A stretch of DNA of 64,000 nucleotides. Source: Candidatus Poribacteria bacterium (GTDB lineage Bacteria > Poribacteria > WGA-4E > GCA-2687025). Location: assembly GCA_963665845.2 (NCBI GenBank), contig OY762492.1, positions 3,776,001 to 3,840,000 on the forward strand. Direction: 5' to 3'. Below the pieces are notes generated by a model that did no database searches, had not been told where the DNA came from, and saw only the letters and a program-made list of their open reading frames with translations. The position numbers were made by a program, and so were the translations under genes. Shown piece by piece: positions 41,841-51,582 of this stretch (position 1 is its first letter; each line of letters begins with the position of its first letter).

Positions 41841-42854
41841 TTAAGCGTTTTCTTTAGGGTACGATCTGGAATCGGCGTCGTACGCTTCCACAATGCGCTG
41901 CACAAGCTCATGCCGCACCACATCCGCCGACGAGAACTCGACCACCCCGATGCCGTCAATACGGCGCAGAACGCCGACTGCATGCATGAGGCCTGAAGGG
42001 TTGCCGTCCGGGAGGTCGCTCTGCGTCGCGTCGCCCGTGACGACCGCTTTGGAGTCGAACCCTAGCCGCGTGAGAAACATTTTCATCTGCGGTATCGTCG
42101 CGTTTTGCGCCTCGTCCAGCACCACAAAGGCGCGGTTCAGCGTCCTTCCGCGCATAAACGCCAGCGGCGCAATCTCAATGACCCCCCGCTCAATATACTG
42201 CGCGACGACGTTGATCGTAAACATATCGTAAAGCGCGTCGTAAAGCGGGCGCAGGTACGGGTCGATCTTCGCCTGAATGTCGCCAGGAAGAAAACCCAGT
42301 TTTTCGCCCGCTTCAACGGCGGGGCGCGTCATCATGATGCGGTCAACCGTCCCGGATTTGAGCGCGGACGCCGCCATCGCCATGGCGAGATAGGTTTTTC
42401 CCGTCCCCGCCGGACCGACGCCGAAGACAAGGTCTTGCCGGCGCATCGCCTCAATGTAGAGGCTTTGATTTTTGGAGCGGGGGCGAATCGGTCCCTGTTT
42501 CGCATGAATAGCGAGCGAGGACAAAGCCTCGCCGTCCGCTTCGCCGCCTTCTTCGGCGGACGGAAGCGCCGTTTCAGCCGGCTCCGGGCGGGCTGTCTTT
42601 CGGACTGCCGCCTGCACATCGCGCATCTCTATGGAGGCGCCGGAACGCGCTATTCCGAGCAGCTTGTTTAAAATTTCTCCCACATGCTCAACATCCTGAT
42701 CATTGCCGACCACCTCAAGATGATCGCTCCGCAACATGACCTGCGCGCTGCGGTCCGCCTCAATGATCTTGAGAAAGCTGTCCCGCTGACCGAACAATTG
42801 CTGCGCTTCAGCGATGCTCTGCAGCCCGATTTTCAACGATATTCGCTTCTGCAA
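41841..42854 (-). CDS. phoH: PhoH-family ATPase
   Basis: GPAGTGKTYLA, RPAVEAGEKLGFLPGD, MRGRTL and DEAQN. Confidence 0.95.
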   Translation of the reverse strand: MQKRISLKIGLQSIAEAQQLFGQRDSFLKIIEADRSAQVMLRSDHLEVVGNDQDVEHVGEILNKLLGIARSGASIEMRDVQAAVRKTARPEPAETALPSAEEGGEADGEALSSLAIHAKQGPIRPRSKNQSLYIEAMRRQDLVFGVGPAGTGKTYLAMAMAASALKSGTVDRIMMTRPAVEAGEKLGFLPGDIQAKIDPYLRPLYDALYDMFTINVVAQYIERGVIEIAPLAFMRGRTLNRAFVVLDEAQNATIPQMKMFLTRLGFDSKAVVTGDATQSDLPDGNPSGLMHAVGVLRRIDGIGVVEFSSADVVRHELVQRIVEAYDADSRSYPKENA

Positions 42855-42930
42855 TACTACGCCTTTCCAACGCCTACAGGGCGCGAGTCGAATGCCGCGC
42901 TAGTTATGATGCCTGCCGATAGAGCAAATG

Positions 42931-43308
42931 TCAAGAATCGGTCGGCGGAGGGTGCGACGCGCGGCAAACGGTGTGAATGCCGCCGCGTATGTTGTAATCG
43001 GTCGTGACGGTCATCCGCTTCGGAGACAGGAGACGGACCAGATCGGTCAAGATCCGGTCCGTCGCATGCTCCTGGTAGATGCCGACATTCCGATACGACA
43101 GGAAATAGTATTTGAGCGACTTCAACTCCACGCACCGATCGCTTGGGGTGTACTGGATCGTGACGCGGGCGATGTCCGGCAAACCCGAAAAGGGGCAGAC
43201 CGCGCTGAACTCCGCCGTTTCGCAGGTGATCACCTGCTCTACCCCGTCGTAGGCGAAGGTTTCCAGTACGCCCGCGTCGATGCTGTCGGGCGGGTCGAAC
43301 GCTTTCAT
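42931..43308 (-). CDS. queF: NADPH-dependent preQ0 reductase QueF (type I)
   Basis: [22 protein letters not shown] and RGGI. Confidence 0.92.
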   Translation of the reverse strand: MKAFDPPDSIDAGVLETFAYDGVEQVITCETAEFSAVCPFSGLPDIARVTIQYTPSDRCVELKSLKYYFLSYRNVGIYQEHATDRILTDLVRLLSPKRMTVTTDYNIRGGIHTVCRASHPPPTDS

Positions 43309-43315
43309 CGGCTTT

Positions 43316-44038
43316 TCAGTCGCCCCAGATCTGCGCGGATTTCTGCCGCGGCTCCACCGACAGCGCGTCCCCGCCAAACGGGATAGAGGAGCCGACCAGC
43401 TCAAAGTCGTCGAACGAGAACGTTCCGTAATAGATGACCAGGCCGATGCCTCCAGACTTGGCCGAATCCGCCCAGGTCACTACGAGCGGTTCGCCGTCGT
43501 CGATCTGGAAGGATATCTGGTCCCTGCCTCCATCAAGCGTTTCAACGGACGCCTCAATGTTGTACCAGACGCCCGTTTCAAATTCCTGGTCTCTCCAGAA
43601 TGTGCCGAAGCTGTCGGGGGTATAACTCCAGATATCCGCGCGCGCCGTCTGCGGATTGATGGAGCATTCGTGGTAGTATCCTTGTTCAAGGTCGGAGTAG
43701 AGATAGACCCCAAAGTACGTGTTGATCCCGACCGTCAGTTCCGAGTCCATGCGCGCCCGGACGCGCAGCGTGTAGTTCTTCCATTGAGACGGGTCGGAGC
43801 CTGCAGGCTTCAATTCCAAAATGCTCCAAGAATTTGGTTGTTCGATCCAGCCTTTGAGAACGTTGTTCCCATCCTCGTCCTTCTCTTCTTCCCATGACTC
43901 AATGCCTTGAGCGAAGTTGTAAATTTCCCAGTCGTCCAGCCCTTCGTCTTCGAAGCTGTCTTGCCAGACGCCTGCAAAGGACGGCAGCGCCGCCGCCGCC
44001 GCTATCGTCAACGCCATCGTCCGAATCAGAATCCGCAT
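43316..44038 (-). CDS. Secreted beta-sandwich (DUF1080/ConA-like) paralog 1; C-terminal motif truncated
   Basis: Signal peptide, WQDSFED, NYTL, GVWYNI, SGGIGL and SFDDF; ends [14 protein letters not shown]. Confidence 0.75.
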   Translation of the reverse strand: MRILIRTMALTIAAAAALPSFAGVWQDSFEDEGLDDWEIYNFAQGIESWEEEKDEDGNNVLKGWIEQPNSWSILELKPAGSDPSQWKNYTLRVRARMDSELTVGINTYFGVYLYSDLEQGYYHECSINPQTARADIWSYTPDSFGTFWRDQEFETGVWYNIEASVETLDGGRDQISFQIDDGEPLVVTWADSAKSGGIGLVIYYGTFSFDDFELVGSSIPFGGDALSVEPRQKSAQIWGD

Positions 44039-44067
44039 GCCGCTTTCTCCTCTTTTGAACGCCGTTC

Positions 44068-44817
44068 TCATCGTTTCAGGTTTGCCCATATTTGCGCCGC
44101 CTTGCCGGTTGGCGAGACGGAAAGCGGACCTTTTCCGCCGGTCGGTATCGATTCGCCGGTGACAAGCACCTCGTCGAACGAAAAGACGCCGCGCCCAATC
44201 GTCAATCCGACGCCGCCCGACCCGATGCTTGCGGGCCAATCTACAATGAGCGGCTCGTCATCGTCCACCCGGAAAGTGATGCGGTCTCTGCCGGTCTCCG
44301 CGTCCGTTTCCACGGTCGCCGAGATGTCGTACCATCGTTCACCCTCAAACATCCGACGCAATCTAAACACGCCGAAATCGTTCTCGGTGTAGTAGCGCAC
44401 CTCGGACAAGCTCTGCTCAAGCCGCGCGAGACAGACCAGCTCCGTGACGCCGTCCCATTGATCGTAGAGGTTGAACCCGAAGATCGCCGCTTCGCCGTCC
44501 TGAATTCTGGTGTCCATTCGGGCGCGCGCCTGAATCGTGTAGTTTGTCCACTGGCTTGTGTCCACATTGGGCGGTCTAAGACGCAAAGTGCTGACCAGTG
44601 TGGGTCCATGTATTTCGCCGGTGAGAATGCCGTTGCCCAGCTCCGTTCGCACCTCCCATTCGGCTTGAGTTGGATCGTTCGCTCCCTGCGGATCCGTGAA
44701 CGCTTCCCAGTTGTCCAGCCCGCCGTCTTCAAAATCTTCATGCCACACGCCCGCCGAAGCTTGTAAGACCAGAATCGCCGCGGCTGCGAAAACCGTTGTT
44801 CTTGCCAATGTTCGCAT
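44068..44817 (-). CDS. Secreted paralog 2
   Basis: Same motif series; ends SVSPTGKAAQIWANLKR. Confidence 0.78.
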   Translation of the reverse strand: MRTLARTTVFAAAAILVLQASAGVWHEDFEDGGLDNWEAFTDPQGANDPTQAEWEVRTELGNGILTGEIHGPTLVSTLRLRPPNVDTSQWTNYTIQARARMDTRIQDGEAAIFGFNLYDQWDGVTELVCLARLEQSLSEVRYYTENDFGVFRLRRMFEGERWYDISATVETDAETGRDRITFRVDDDEPLIVDWPASIGSGGVGLTIGRGVFSFDEVLVTGESIPTGGKGPLSVSPTGKAAQIWANLKR

Positions 44818-44883
44818 AAACCTTCTCCATGTTCTTCAACCCCATGATACACTGCAGACGCCGAAGCCTGCAACATGGGGGCG

Positions 44884-45654
44884 CTATTCCCGACTTTTCA
44901 GCTCCGCCCATATCTGCGCCGAGAGACCCGCTGGGGAGACCGACCATGGCTGTCCGTCTGGGATGGAGTCGCCCTCAACGACGAAATCGTCAAATGAGAC
45001 GCGCCCGTCGCTGACGATGAGACCGACGCCGCCTGAATGCAACTGCCGTTTACTCGTAATCTCTAAAGCCACATGATCTTCCACCGTGAAAGTGACGCGT
45101 TCGGAATCGTCCAGCGTCTCAATGGTCGCTGTCAGGTCGTACCATACTCCCTCTCTATGCTCCAAATTTAAAGGGCCTCCTATGCCTAGACCAAGTCCTC
45201 CCGGACCTTGGGAATGCGTTACAATTTGCGCCAGATTTGCCTGCAGAAATTTGAGATAGGCGAGGTTGTACTGGTCTATGTCAAGGCGATCGTAGAGCAT
45301 GAGTCCAAAGCGGACGCCCCGCGGTTTCGATTCCAGGCGCGCTTTGACATTGACCGTGTAATTATTCCAGTCGTCTGTGTCAACGTCGGCAGGTTTGCGC
45401 GGCTTCAGCTGCAGGAAGCTCATATGCCCCGGTCTAGCTTCGCCGACAACGAACCCGTCCTTTTCATCCCAACTTTCGGCGCCAGGATCGAAATCGTAAA
45501 CGACCCAGTCGTCCAAACCGCCGCCTTTAAAATCGTCATGCCATGCGCCGGCGAAGGCTGTTGAAACGATCCACGCCGACGCAACGGCGGCGGACGCCCA
45601 AACGAGCCATGCATATCGGCGCGCGCTGTTCAAACGAATCATCGTATGCCGCAT
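44884..45654 (-). CDS. Secreted paralog 3
   Basis: Same motif series; ends SVSPAGLSAQIWAELKSRE. Confidence 0.78.
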   Translation of the reverse strand: MRHTMIRLNSARRYAWLVWASAAVASAWIVSTAFAGAWHDDFKGGGLDDWVVYDFDPGAESWDEKDGFVVGEARPGHMSFLQLKPRKPADVDTDDWNNYTVNVKARLESKPRGVRFGLMLYDRLDIDQYNLAYLKFLQANLAQIVTHSQGPGGLGLGIGGPLNLEHREGVWYDLTATIETLDDSERVTFTVEDHVALEITSKRQLHSGGVGLIVSDGRVSFDDFVVEGDSIPDGQPWSVSPAGLSAQIWAELKSRE

Positions 45655-45688
45655 GTCTGCCCTCCAATGTTCCGAACGCGTCTGCGGT

Positions 45689-46459
45689 TCATCTGCTTTT
45701 CAGCTCCGCCCATAGCTGCGCCGAGAGACCGGCTGGGGAGACCGACCTTGGCTGCCCGTTTCCGCCGTTTGGGATGGAGTCGCCCTCAACGACGAAATCG
45801 TCAAATGAGACGCGCCCGTCGCTGACGATGAGCGCGACGCCGCCTGAAACCACCTGCGCGTTCCATTCGGTCATGAACGGAGGATTATCGTCCACCTGGA
45901 ATGTGATGCGTTCGGAATCGTCCAGCGTCTCAATGGTCGCCGTCACGTCGTACCACACTCCCTGCTCCACATTGAACAGAAAGAAATCGTTGCCGGATCC
46001 ATTCCCTACGCGGATATGCATTTGAACGCCCGCCTGATGGTATAGGAAAAAGATCCAGTGGAACATGTTCTGGTCAATACGGTCATAGAGCGCGAGTCCA
46101 AATCTGGCGTTCTGGTCGTCCTCCGGTTCCGATTCCAGACGCATTTTGACCTTGACCGTGTAGTTTTGCCAGTCGTCGGTGTCCACGCCGGCAGGCTGGC
46201 GCGGCTTCAGCTGCAGGAGGCTCCAGGCTGTTGTCAGATTAATCTCGCCGACAACGAACCCGTCCTCTTCGTCCCAGCTTTCGGCGCCAGGGTCGAAGTT
46301 GTAAATGACCCAATCTTCCAATCCGCCGCCCTCAAAGTCGTCATGCCATGCGCCGGCAGAGGCGGTTGAAACGATCCACGCCGACGCCGCGGCGATGGAC
46401 GCCCAAACGAGCCATGCATATCGGCGCGCGCTGTTCAAACGAATCATCGTATGCCGCAT
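45689..46459 (-). CDS. Secreted paralog 4
   Basis: Same motif series; ends SVSPAGLSAQLWAELKSR. Confidence 0.78.
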   Translation of the reverse strand: MRHTMIRLNSARRYAWLVWASIAAASAWIVSTASAGAWHDDFEGGGLEDWVIYNFDPGAESWDEEDGFVVGEINLTTAWSLLQLKPRQPAGVDTDDWQNYTVKVKMRLESEPEDDQNARFGLALYDRIDQNMFHWIFFLYHQAGVQMHIRVGNGSGNDFFLFNVEQGVWYDVTATIETLDDSERITFQVDDNPPFMTEWNAQVVSGGVALIVSDGRVSFDDFVVEGDSIPNGGNGQPRSVSPAGLSAQLWAELKSR

Positions 46460-46520
46460 GTTTGCCTCCAAGTTTGCCTCCAAGTTTGCGCTTTACAATT
46501 CTGGGAGAAGCGCGCGTCAG

Positions 46521-46551
46521 GCGGTCATGCCGAACCATGCGGCATGACCGC
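46521..46551. terminator. Intergenic stem-loop (terminator or mRNA-stabilising hairpin)
   Basis: GCGGTCATGCCG-N7-CGGCATGACCGC, a perfect 12-bp stem; no clear U-tract. Confidence 0.45.
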
Positions 46552-46595
46552 GTTGACAAACTTCCTCCGTTCAACGAATGGAACGGGCTTGAGGC

Positions 46596-47366
46596 TTACC
46601 GGCTTTTCAGATCGCCCCATAGCTGCGCCGCGAGACCGGCTGGAGAGACCGACCTTGGCAGCCCGTTTCCGCCGTTTGGGATGGAGTCTCCCTCAATGAC
46701 GAAATCATCGAACGAGACGCGCCCGCCGCCGACGATGAGCGCGACGCTGCCTGAAATCGCCTGCCCATTCCATTCGGTCATGAACGGCGGATTATCGTCC
46801 ACCTGGAATGTGACGCGTTCGGAATCGTCCAGCGTCTCAATGGTCGCCGTCACGTCATACCACACTCCCTGCTCCACATTGAACGGAAAGAAGTCGTCGC
46901 CGCCTGCATTCCCTATGCGGATATGCATTCGAACGCGCGCCTGATGGTATTCGAGAAAGATCCAGTGGAACGTGTCCTGCTCAATATGATCATAGAGCAT
47001 GAGTCCAAAGCTGGTGTTCTGGCCGTCCTCCGGTTCCGATTCCAGACGCATTTTGACCTTGACCGTGTAGTTTTGCCAGTCGTCGGTGTCCACGCCGGCA
47101 GGCTGGCGCGGCTTCAGCTGCAGGAGGCTTATGAATCCTGGCTGATCAATCTCGCCGACAACGAACCCGTCCTCTTCGTCCCAGCTTTCGGCGCCAGGGT
47201 CGAAGTTGTAAATGACCCAATCTTCCAATCCGCCGCCCTCAAAGTCGTCATGCCATGCGCCGGCAAAGGCTGTTGAAACGATCCACGCCGACGCCGCGGC
47301 GACAAACGCCCCAACAAGCCATGCTGATCGGCGCGCGCTGTTCAAACGGACCATCGTATGCTGCAT
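46596..47366 (-). CDS. Secreted paralog 5
   Basis: Long stretches identical to paralog 4; ends SVSPAGLAAQLWGDLKSR. Confidence 0.78.
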   Translation of the reverse strand: MQHTMVRLNSARRSAWLVGAFVAAASAWIVSTAFAGAWHDDFEGGGLEDWVIYNFDPGAESWDEEDGFVVGEIDQPGFISLLQLKPRQPAGVDTDDWQNYTVKVKMRLESEPEDGQNTSFGLMLYDHIEQDTFHWIFLEYHQARVRMHIRIGNAGGDDFFPFNVEQGVWYDVTATIETLDDSERVTFQVDDNPPFMTEWNGQAISGSVALIVGGGRVSFDDFVIEGDSIPNGGNGLPRSVSPAGLAAQLWGDLKSR

Positions 47367-47582
47367 GCGCGTCCTCCATGTTTGCGCTTAATGACCATAG
47401 AATACATTGCGCAGTCTGAATCCGCAAACAGAAACGCCGATCATAGCGGCGGCGCCTGTAGGCGGCGGCATGCATTGCGCGGGAGCGCGCCGATTCAGGC
47501 TGCTATTCCCGCGCAATGCCACTCCTTATCGGCGCCGTCCAGACAGCCGATTCTTGTCCAATCGGCATTTGCGCGTCGGGCG

Positions 47583-48329
47583 TTACTGGCGTTTGATTTC
47601 TCCCCAGATCTGCGCGGCGCGTCCAGCGGGCGAAACGGATGTTTGCGCCATGTGGCCGCCGTCCGGTATGTTGTCGCCTTCGACGGAGAAGTTGTCAAAC
47701 GAGGCTTGCCCGCCTTCTACGATGAAGCCGACGCCGCCGGAACCGATGGAAGCTTGCCATGTCAATCCGAGCGTGTCGCCGTCGTTTATTTTGAAGGCGA
47801 TCGTTTCGGTGTCGCCGTCCGTTTCGATCCGCACCGCCAGGTCGTACCAGACGCTGCGTTCGATAACAAACGGAAATGTGTCAGAACCTGCGCCGTTGCC
47901 GATGCGAAGATACAGCAGCACATTCTCATCCTGAAACTGGAGCAAGCAGAGATGGTACATCGTTTCTTCGAATCGGTCGTACACGGCGAAGCCGAAGCTG
48001 GTCGAGCCGCCTGGGTCCGGCTCGGAGTTCAAGCGCAGCCGGGCGCGGACGGTGTAGTTTGACCAGACGCTGACGTCTTCGCCTTCCGGCTTCAGCTGCA
48101 GGATTGAGAAGAAGCCGGCGACGTTGATCTGCCCCGTCATGACCCCGTCTTTTTCTTCCCAGGATTCGACGCTCAAGTCGGCCTTGTAGATCTGCCAGTC
48201 GTCCATGAGGCCGTCTTCAAAATCGTCCACCCAGATTCCGGCATGAGCCGCGGACGCCGCCAAAAAGGCCGCCGCCAAAAGACCGATTCGAGTCGAAGCG
48301 CGGAACATTGCAGTCGCTCTGTGTCGCAT
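47583..48329 (-). CDS. Secreted paralog 6
   Basis: Same motif series; ends SVSPAGRAAQIWGEIKRQ. Confidence 0.78.
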   Translation of the reverse strand: MRHRATAMFRASTRIGLLAAAFLAASAAHAGIWVDDFEDGLMDDWQIYKADLSVESWEEKDGVMTGQINVAGFFSILQLKPEGEDVSVWSNYTVRARLRLNSEPDPGGSTSFGFAVYDRFEETMYHLCLLQFQDENVLLYLRIGNGAGSDTFPFVIERSVWYDLAVRIETDGDTETIAFKINDGDTLGLTWQASIGSGGVGFIVEGGQASFDNFSVEGDNIPDGGHMAQTSVSPAGRAAQIWGEIKRQ

Positions 48330-48430
48330 GCTGATTCTCCATGATGATGGTTGGACGCATGATATTCGTCTTTCGACGCCGTTGCAACCTTATCTTTGAC
48401 CGGCAGTACGCTCATACGAGGATACTCGCG

Positions 48431-48630
48431 GCGCCGCATCCGATTCCCCCTTGAAGGCGCCGCCTCCGATTCCCCCTTGGAGGGCGCCGCGTCCGATTCC
48501 CCCCTTGAAAAGGGGGGCAGGGGGGTTTAAAGGACGGGAGCGACGGCTGCGATGCCTTAAGATTCCCGCTTACGCGGGAATGACGGAAAAGAGGGGCGGG
48601 AATGCATGTCCTCGCGGAAGCGGGGAACGA
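48431..48630 (+). repeat. Repeat mosaic: three tandem GCCGCnTCCGATTCCCC units, a hairpin and an intact REP-like module
   Basis: Read directly. 48562-48630 is the empty-site counterpart of the IS110 flanks. Confidence 0.85.
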
Positions 48631-48645
48631 CCGGCGGCGCGGAAA

Positions 48646-49245
48646 TTATGAAACGGCGCTCTCCAGCGCCGCCTTGCGCACATGCCAGGCAGGGTCATTC
48701 GCCAACCGCCGCGCGAAGCGATCCATGAAGGCGGCGTCTTTTGAGGCGGCCGACATCGAAATGGACGCCTGCCGAATGTAAGGATCCTCATGACGGCTGA
48801 ATCGGTCGGCGATCTCTTTGGCGTCCGTCGGAGAAAGGCGGGCTAAACTAAGAAGCGCGCGCCGTCTGCAGTAATCGTCCGGATCGGAAAGCCCCTTTCG
48901 AAGCAGCGTTTCAACCTTCCGACCGGCGCCGCTTAGAACGTCATACGCCTGCCATCGCGTGTCGCTGCGCTTCGATTCTGTCAAGAGACATAAAACGTTC
49001 CAACACCGCTCCACATGCGCCCTTGCGTAATCGGCAAGGCATTCGCCCTCTTCGGAAATCCCCCAGCATTTGTCAATATAGTCGACATCCTCTGGGCTTG
49101 GAGACGGCTGCGTCATCTTCTGGGCGGCGGCGTCCATCAAGAGGCGCCATCTTGGATAATCCTCTTGCCAGCCCTCGTCGCGCTGATCGGCGGTTGCCGC
49201 CCATTCCTCCCAGTCGTTGTACAATCGTCCAATGCCGCCGCTCAT
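48646..49245 (-). CDS. HEAT-repeat protein
   Basis: DTRWQA, DPDDYCRRRALLSL, EDPYIRQ and DPAWHVRKAA repeats. Confidence 0.72.
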   Translation of the reverse strand: MSGGIGRLYNDWEEWAATADQRDEGWQEDYPRWRLLMDAAAQKMTQPSPSPEDVDYIDKCWGISEEGECLADYARAHVERCWNVLCLLTESKRSDTRWQAYDVLSGAGRKVETLLRKGLSDPDDYCRRRALLSLARLSPTDAKEIADRFSRHEDPYIRQASISMSAASKDAAFMDRFARRLANDPAWHVRKAALESAVS

Positions 49246-49266
49246 AGCGTCCCTCCCGCCGCCGCG

Positions 49267-50307
49267 TTATTCGTCGTCATCTGATTCTTCAGGGTATTTC
49301 TCAACCGGACTGAAAATATCTTCGTCCTCGTTGACAACGCCCAAGTTCAACTCAACCCGTTTGAAGTTAGCTTGGTTCTCTGACCCGTATTTACGCGTCT
49401 TTTGCTTGGTGACATAAACAGGCGTCAGAAGAAGCTGAATTTCTTGCTGAACTTTTGTCAGTTCCGCGTTCAATTTCTCCGCTTCGTTTTCTGAAAAATC
49501 GCCGCTTGCAAGACGAGACAGCAGATTGGTTTCCTTCCGCTCCGCCTCATAATATTTGCGCCGTCCGCCTTCCGAGAGCGTGAGCTTCCTCTTAAAGTTG
49601 ATGACAAGCTCCATTGGCGCAATCATGTTGTAGATTTCGCCGTTCGGCAGTTCAACTTTGTGGTAAAGCACAGATTCCGGCAATCTGCCTGCTCGAACCA
49701 ACAACGACAACGGCTCTTGCCCCTCCACTGACCATATCGGGTCCATTGCTTCTTCCAGAGCCGCGTATTTTCCATCCTCTCCAATTTTTTTCATCACATT
49801 CTCTAATGCATCCCATCCGACCCTTAGGATCCTTCGATCCTCGCGAGAGAAGCCAAAATGCCCTAATTGCGCCTCCTTCGCAGTGAGATACTCTTCATCC
49901 ATCATCGCTTCCCACTCCGCTTCCTCCTTCGTCAAAGGTTTAGGATTTTTGACGTCTTCGGCGTACAACCTTTCAAATTCTTCGGCAACCAACTTGGCGA
50001 AGTAGTCCAGCGTTTCGTCGCGCGATCCGAAATGGGTCGGAATCTCCGCGTCGGAGTTCGTTTTTTCAGCAGATTTATTCGTAGAATCGGACATTGAATC
50101 GGCGATTTCCGATTCAGGATTCGGCGCCTTTGGGGCGACCACGGGCGATTGCCGGTCATGCGCCTCCGCCCCGCCTCCGGACGCCGCGCCTTGAGAAGCG
50201 GAGTCGCCCGCGCGGCGGCCAAGAAGCCATACCAGCGCAACCGCCAACAAGCAGACCGCCAAGAATGAAATGAGCGTAACAGCAACGGCTCGTTGTCGTT
50301 GATTCAT
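49267..50307 (-). CDS. Hypothetical protein with N-terminal membrane anchor
   Basis: One hydrophobic segment, a low-complexity linker and a charged globular region. Confidence 0.65.
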   Translation of the reverse strand: MNQRQRAVAVTLISFLAVCLLAVALVWLLGRRAGDSASQGAASGGGAEAHDRQSPVVAPKAPNPESEIADSMSDSTNKSAEKTNSDAEIPTHFGSRDETLDYFAKLVAEEFERLYAEDVKNPKPLTKEEAEWEAMMDEEYLTAKEAQLGHFGFSREDRRILRVGWDALENVMKKIGEDGKYAALEEAMDPIWSVEGQEPLSLLVRAGRLPESVLYHKVELPNGEIYNMIAPMELVINFKRKLTLSEGGRRKYYEAERKETNLLSRLASGDFSENEAEKLNAELTKVQQEIQLLLTPVYVTKQKTRKYGSENQANFKRVELNLGVVNEDEDIFSPVEKYPEESDDDE

Positions 50308-50460
50308 CGCGTTAATTCCTTTCATTACAGTTGTCCGCTGAAAACCTATCGCCTACGCCCATATTGTAAACGAAATTAAATGGAGCCGCAACCTGTATGC
50401 GCGGCGGACAGTACATACAGGCGATGACTTCATTTTGCGCGACAGCCCGCCGATTCTGAC

Positions 50461-50570
50461 CGTCATTCCCGCGCAAGCGGGAATCTAGAATTTTTCCTGG
50501 CAGCCCCGCATTCCACACGCGGCTAAAACCCCCCCAGCCCCCCTTTTCAAGGGGGAGTCTAGAATCCCGT
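50461..50570. repeat. Repeat mosaic (REP-like palindrome plus CCCCCTT/AAGGGGG hairpin)
   Basis: Inverted relatives of the modules at 7991-8048 and 24325-24375. Confidence 0.8.
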
Positions 50571-50571
50571 C

Positions 50572-51582
50572 CTAAGGAATCTCGTTCTTTTCATGGACAA
50601 TGTCGTCCGCGTCGTTGATCCCGATATCGACCGAGGCGGCTTGGCGCAGATAATCCGCCTGTCTATACACAGGGCGCAGCGGCGACTTGCGCATCTCGTT
50701 CACAACGCCCACCAGTATCGAGTCTAAAGCGACAGGGTCTTCGCTCACAAAGAGGCGCCGCGCCTCCCAAAACCATTCCGGCGCGTAGCCCGGTCCCGTA
50801 TGGTACGCCCCCTTCAGCCCGTCAACGATCGTCAGCGCATGTTTCTCGCTCAACGGCGTGTTTCTCCATGCGTCCGCGATGACGGGAATGCCGTCGCTGC
50901 CGGTCGGATGAAACCGAAATGTGTTGCTCAACGACCCCAGCGCCAGGCTCGCCATAGCGCCGTAAATGCCCGTGATGGGATGGTAGCGCAGCGTCGGAAC
51001 GGAGATGATCTTCGTCGCCAGCTGCGTTACGATGCGCGAAAAGAAGGAGAACGCGCCGTCCTTGCTCCGCCTCGCCTCCAGATCGTCCTCATCCTCAATG
51101 TAGACGGCTTCATCGTAGCCGACGCGCCGAATTGTGCCTTCAATCCCCTCGGACGCTAAAATCTGCGGACGCCCCTCTTCCGCGTCCGGCGGCGCGTACT
51201 CGTATCGGTACAGATCGTCGCTGCGCTTGTCCCAGATCAGAATGTTCTCCGGCAATACATCCACCGAAATCATACGTAGAACGATCTCATCGAGAAGCCG
51301 ATGGGTTGTCGAAAGGAGCGGCGCGTCGGCGCATATTTTCACGGCGACCACATCATGCGGTTCAACGAGGCTTCTCCAAGCCGATTCAGGAGTCCGCGCG
51401 AGAAGCGCTTGCTGCACCGTTATGTCCAGCGCCTCGCGCAGCTGCCCGCGGCTTGGGTCGTCGGCAAATGCCGCTTCGGACACATAGGCGCGCCCGGCCG
51501 ATTGCCCCCATGCGCTTCCCCATGCGGCGCCGGCGGCGATTCCCATACAGGCGGTTTTGATAAATTCCCTGCGCGTTGTCAT
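50572..51582 (-). CDS. Tat-exported DUF362-like protein
   Basis: TRREFIK twin-arginine signal; DVVAVKI, ISVPTLRYH, LTIVDGL and SEDPVALD. Confidence 0.78.
   Translation of the reverse strand: MTTRREFIKTACMGIAAGAAWGSAWGQSAGRAYVSEAAFADDPSRGQLREALDITVQQALLARTPESAWRSLVEPHDVVAVKICADAPLLSTTHRLLDEIVLRMISVDVLPENILIWDKRSDDLYRYEYAPPDAEEGRPQILASEGIEGTIRRVGYDEAVYIEDEDDLEARRSKDGAFSFFSRIVTQLATKIISVPTLRYHPITGIYGAMASLALGSLSNTFRFHPTGSDGIPVIADAWRNTPLSEKHALTIVDGLKGAYHTGPGYAPEWFWEARRLFVSEDPVALDSILVGVVNEMRKSPLRPVYRQADYLRQAASVDIGINDADDIVHEKNEIP

Noticed and set aside
46461-46490. 12-bp direct repeat TTTGCCTCCAAG as an operator
   Set aside because: It looks like a local duplication of the RBS region, with no other copies seen.
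43316-48329. Diversity-generating retroelement behind the paralog variation
   Set aside because: There is no reverse transcriptase or template repeat in the window, and the differences are not obviously adenine-specific.
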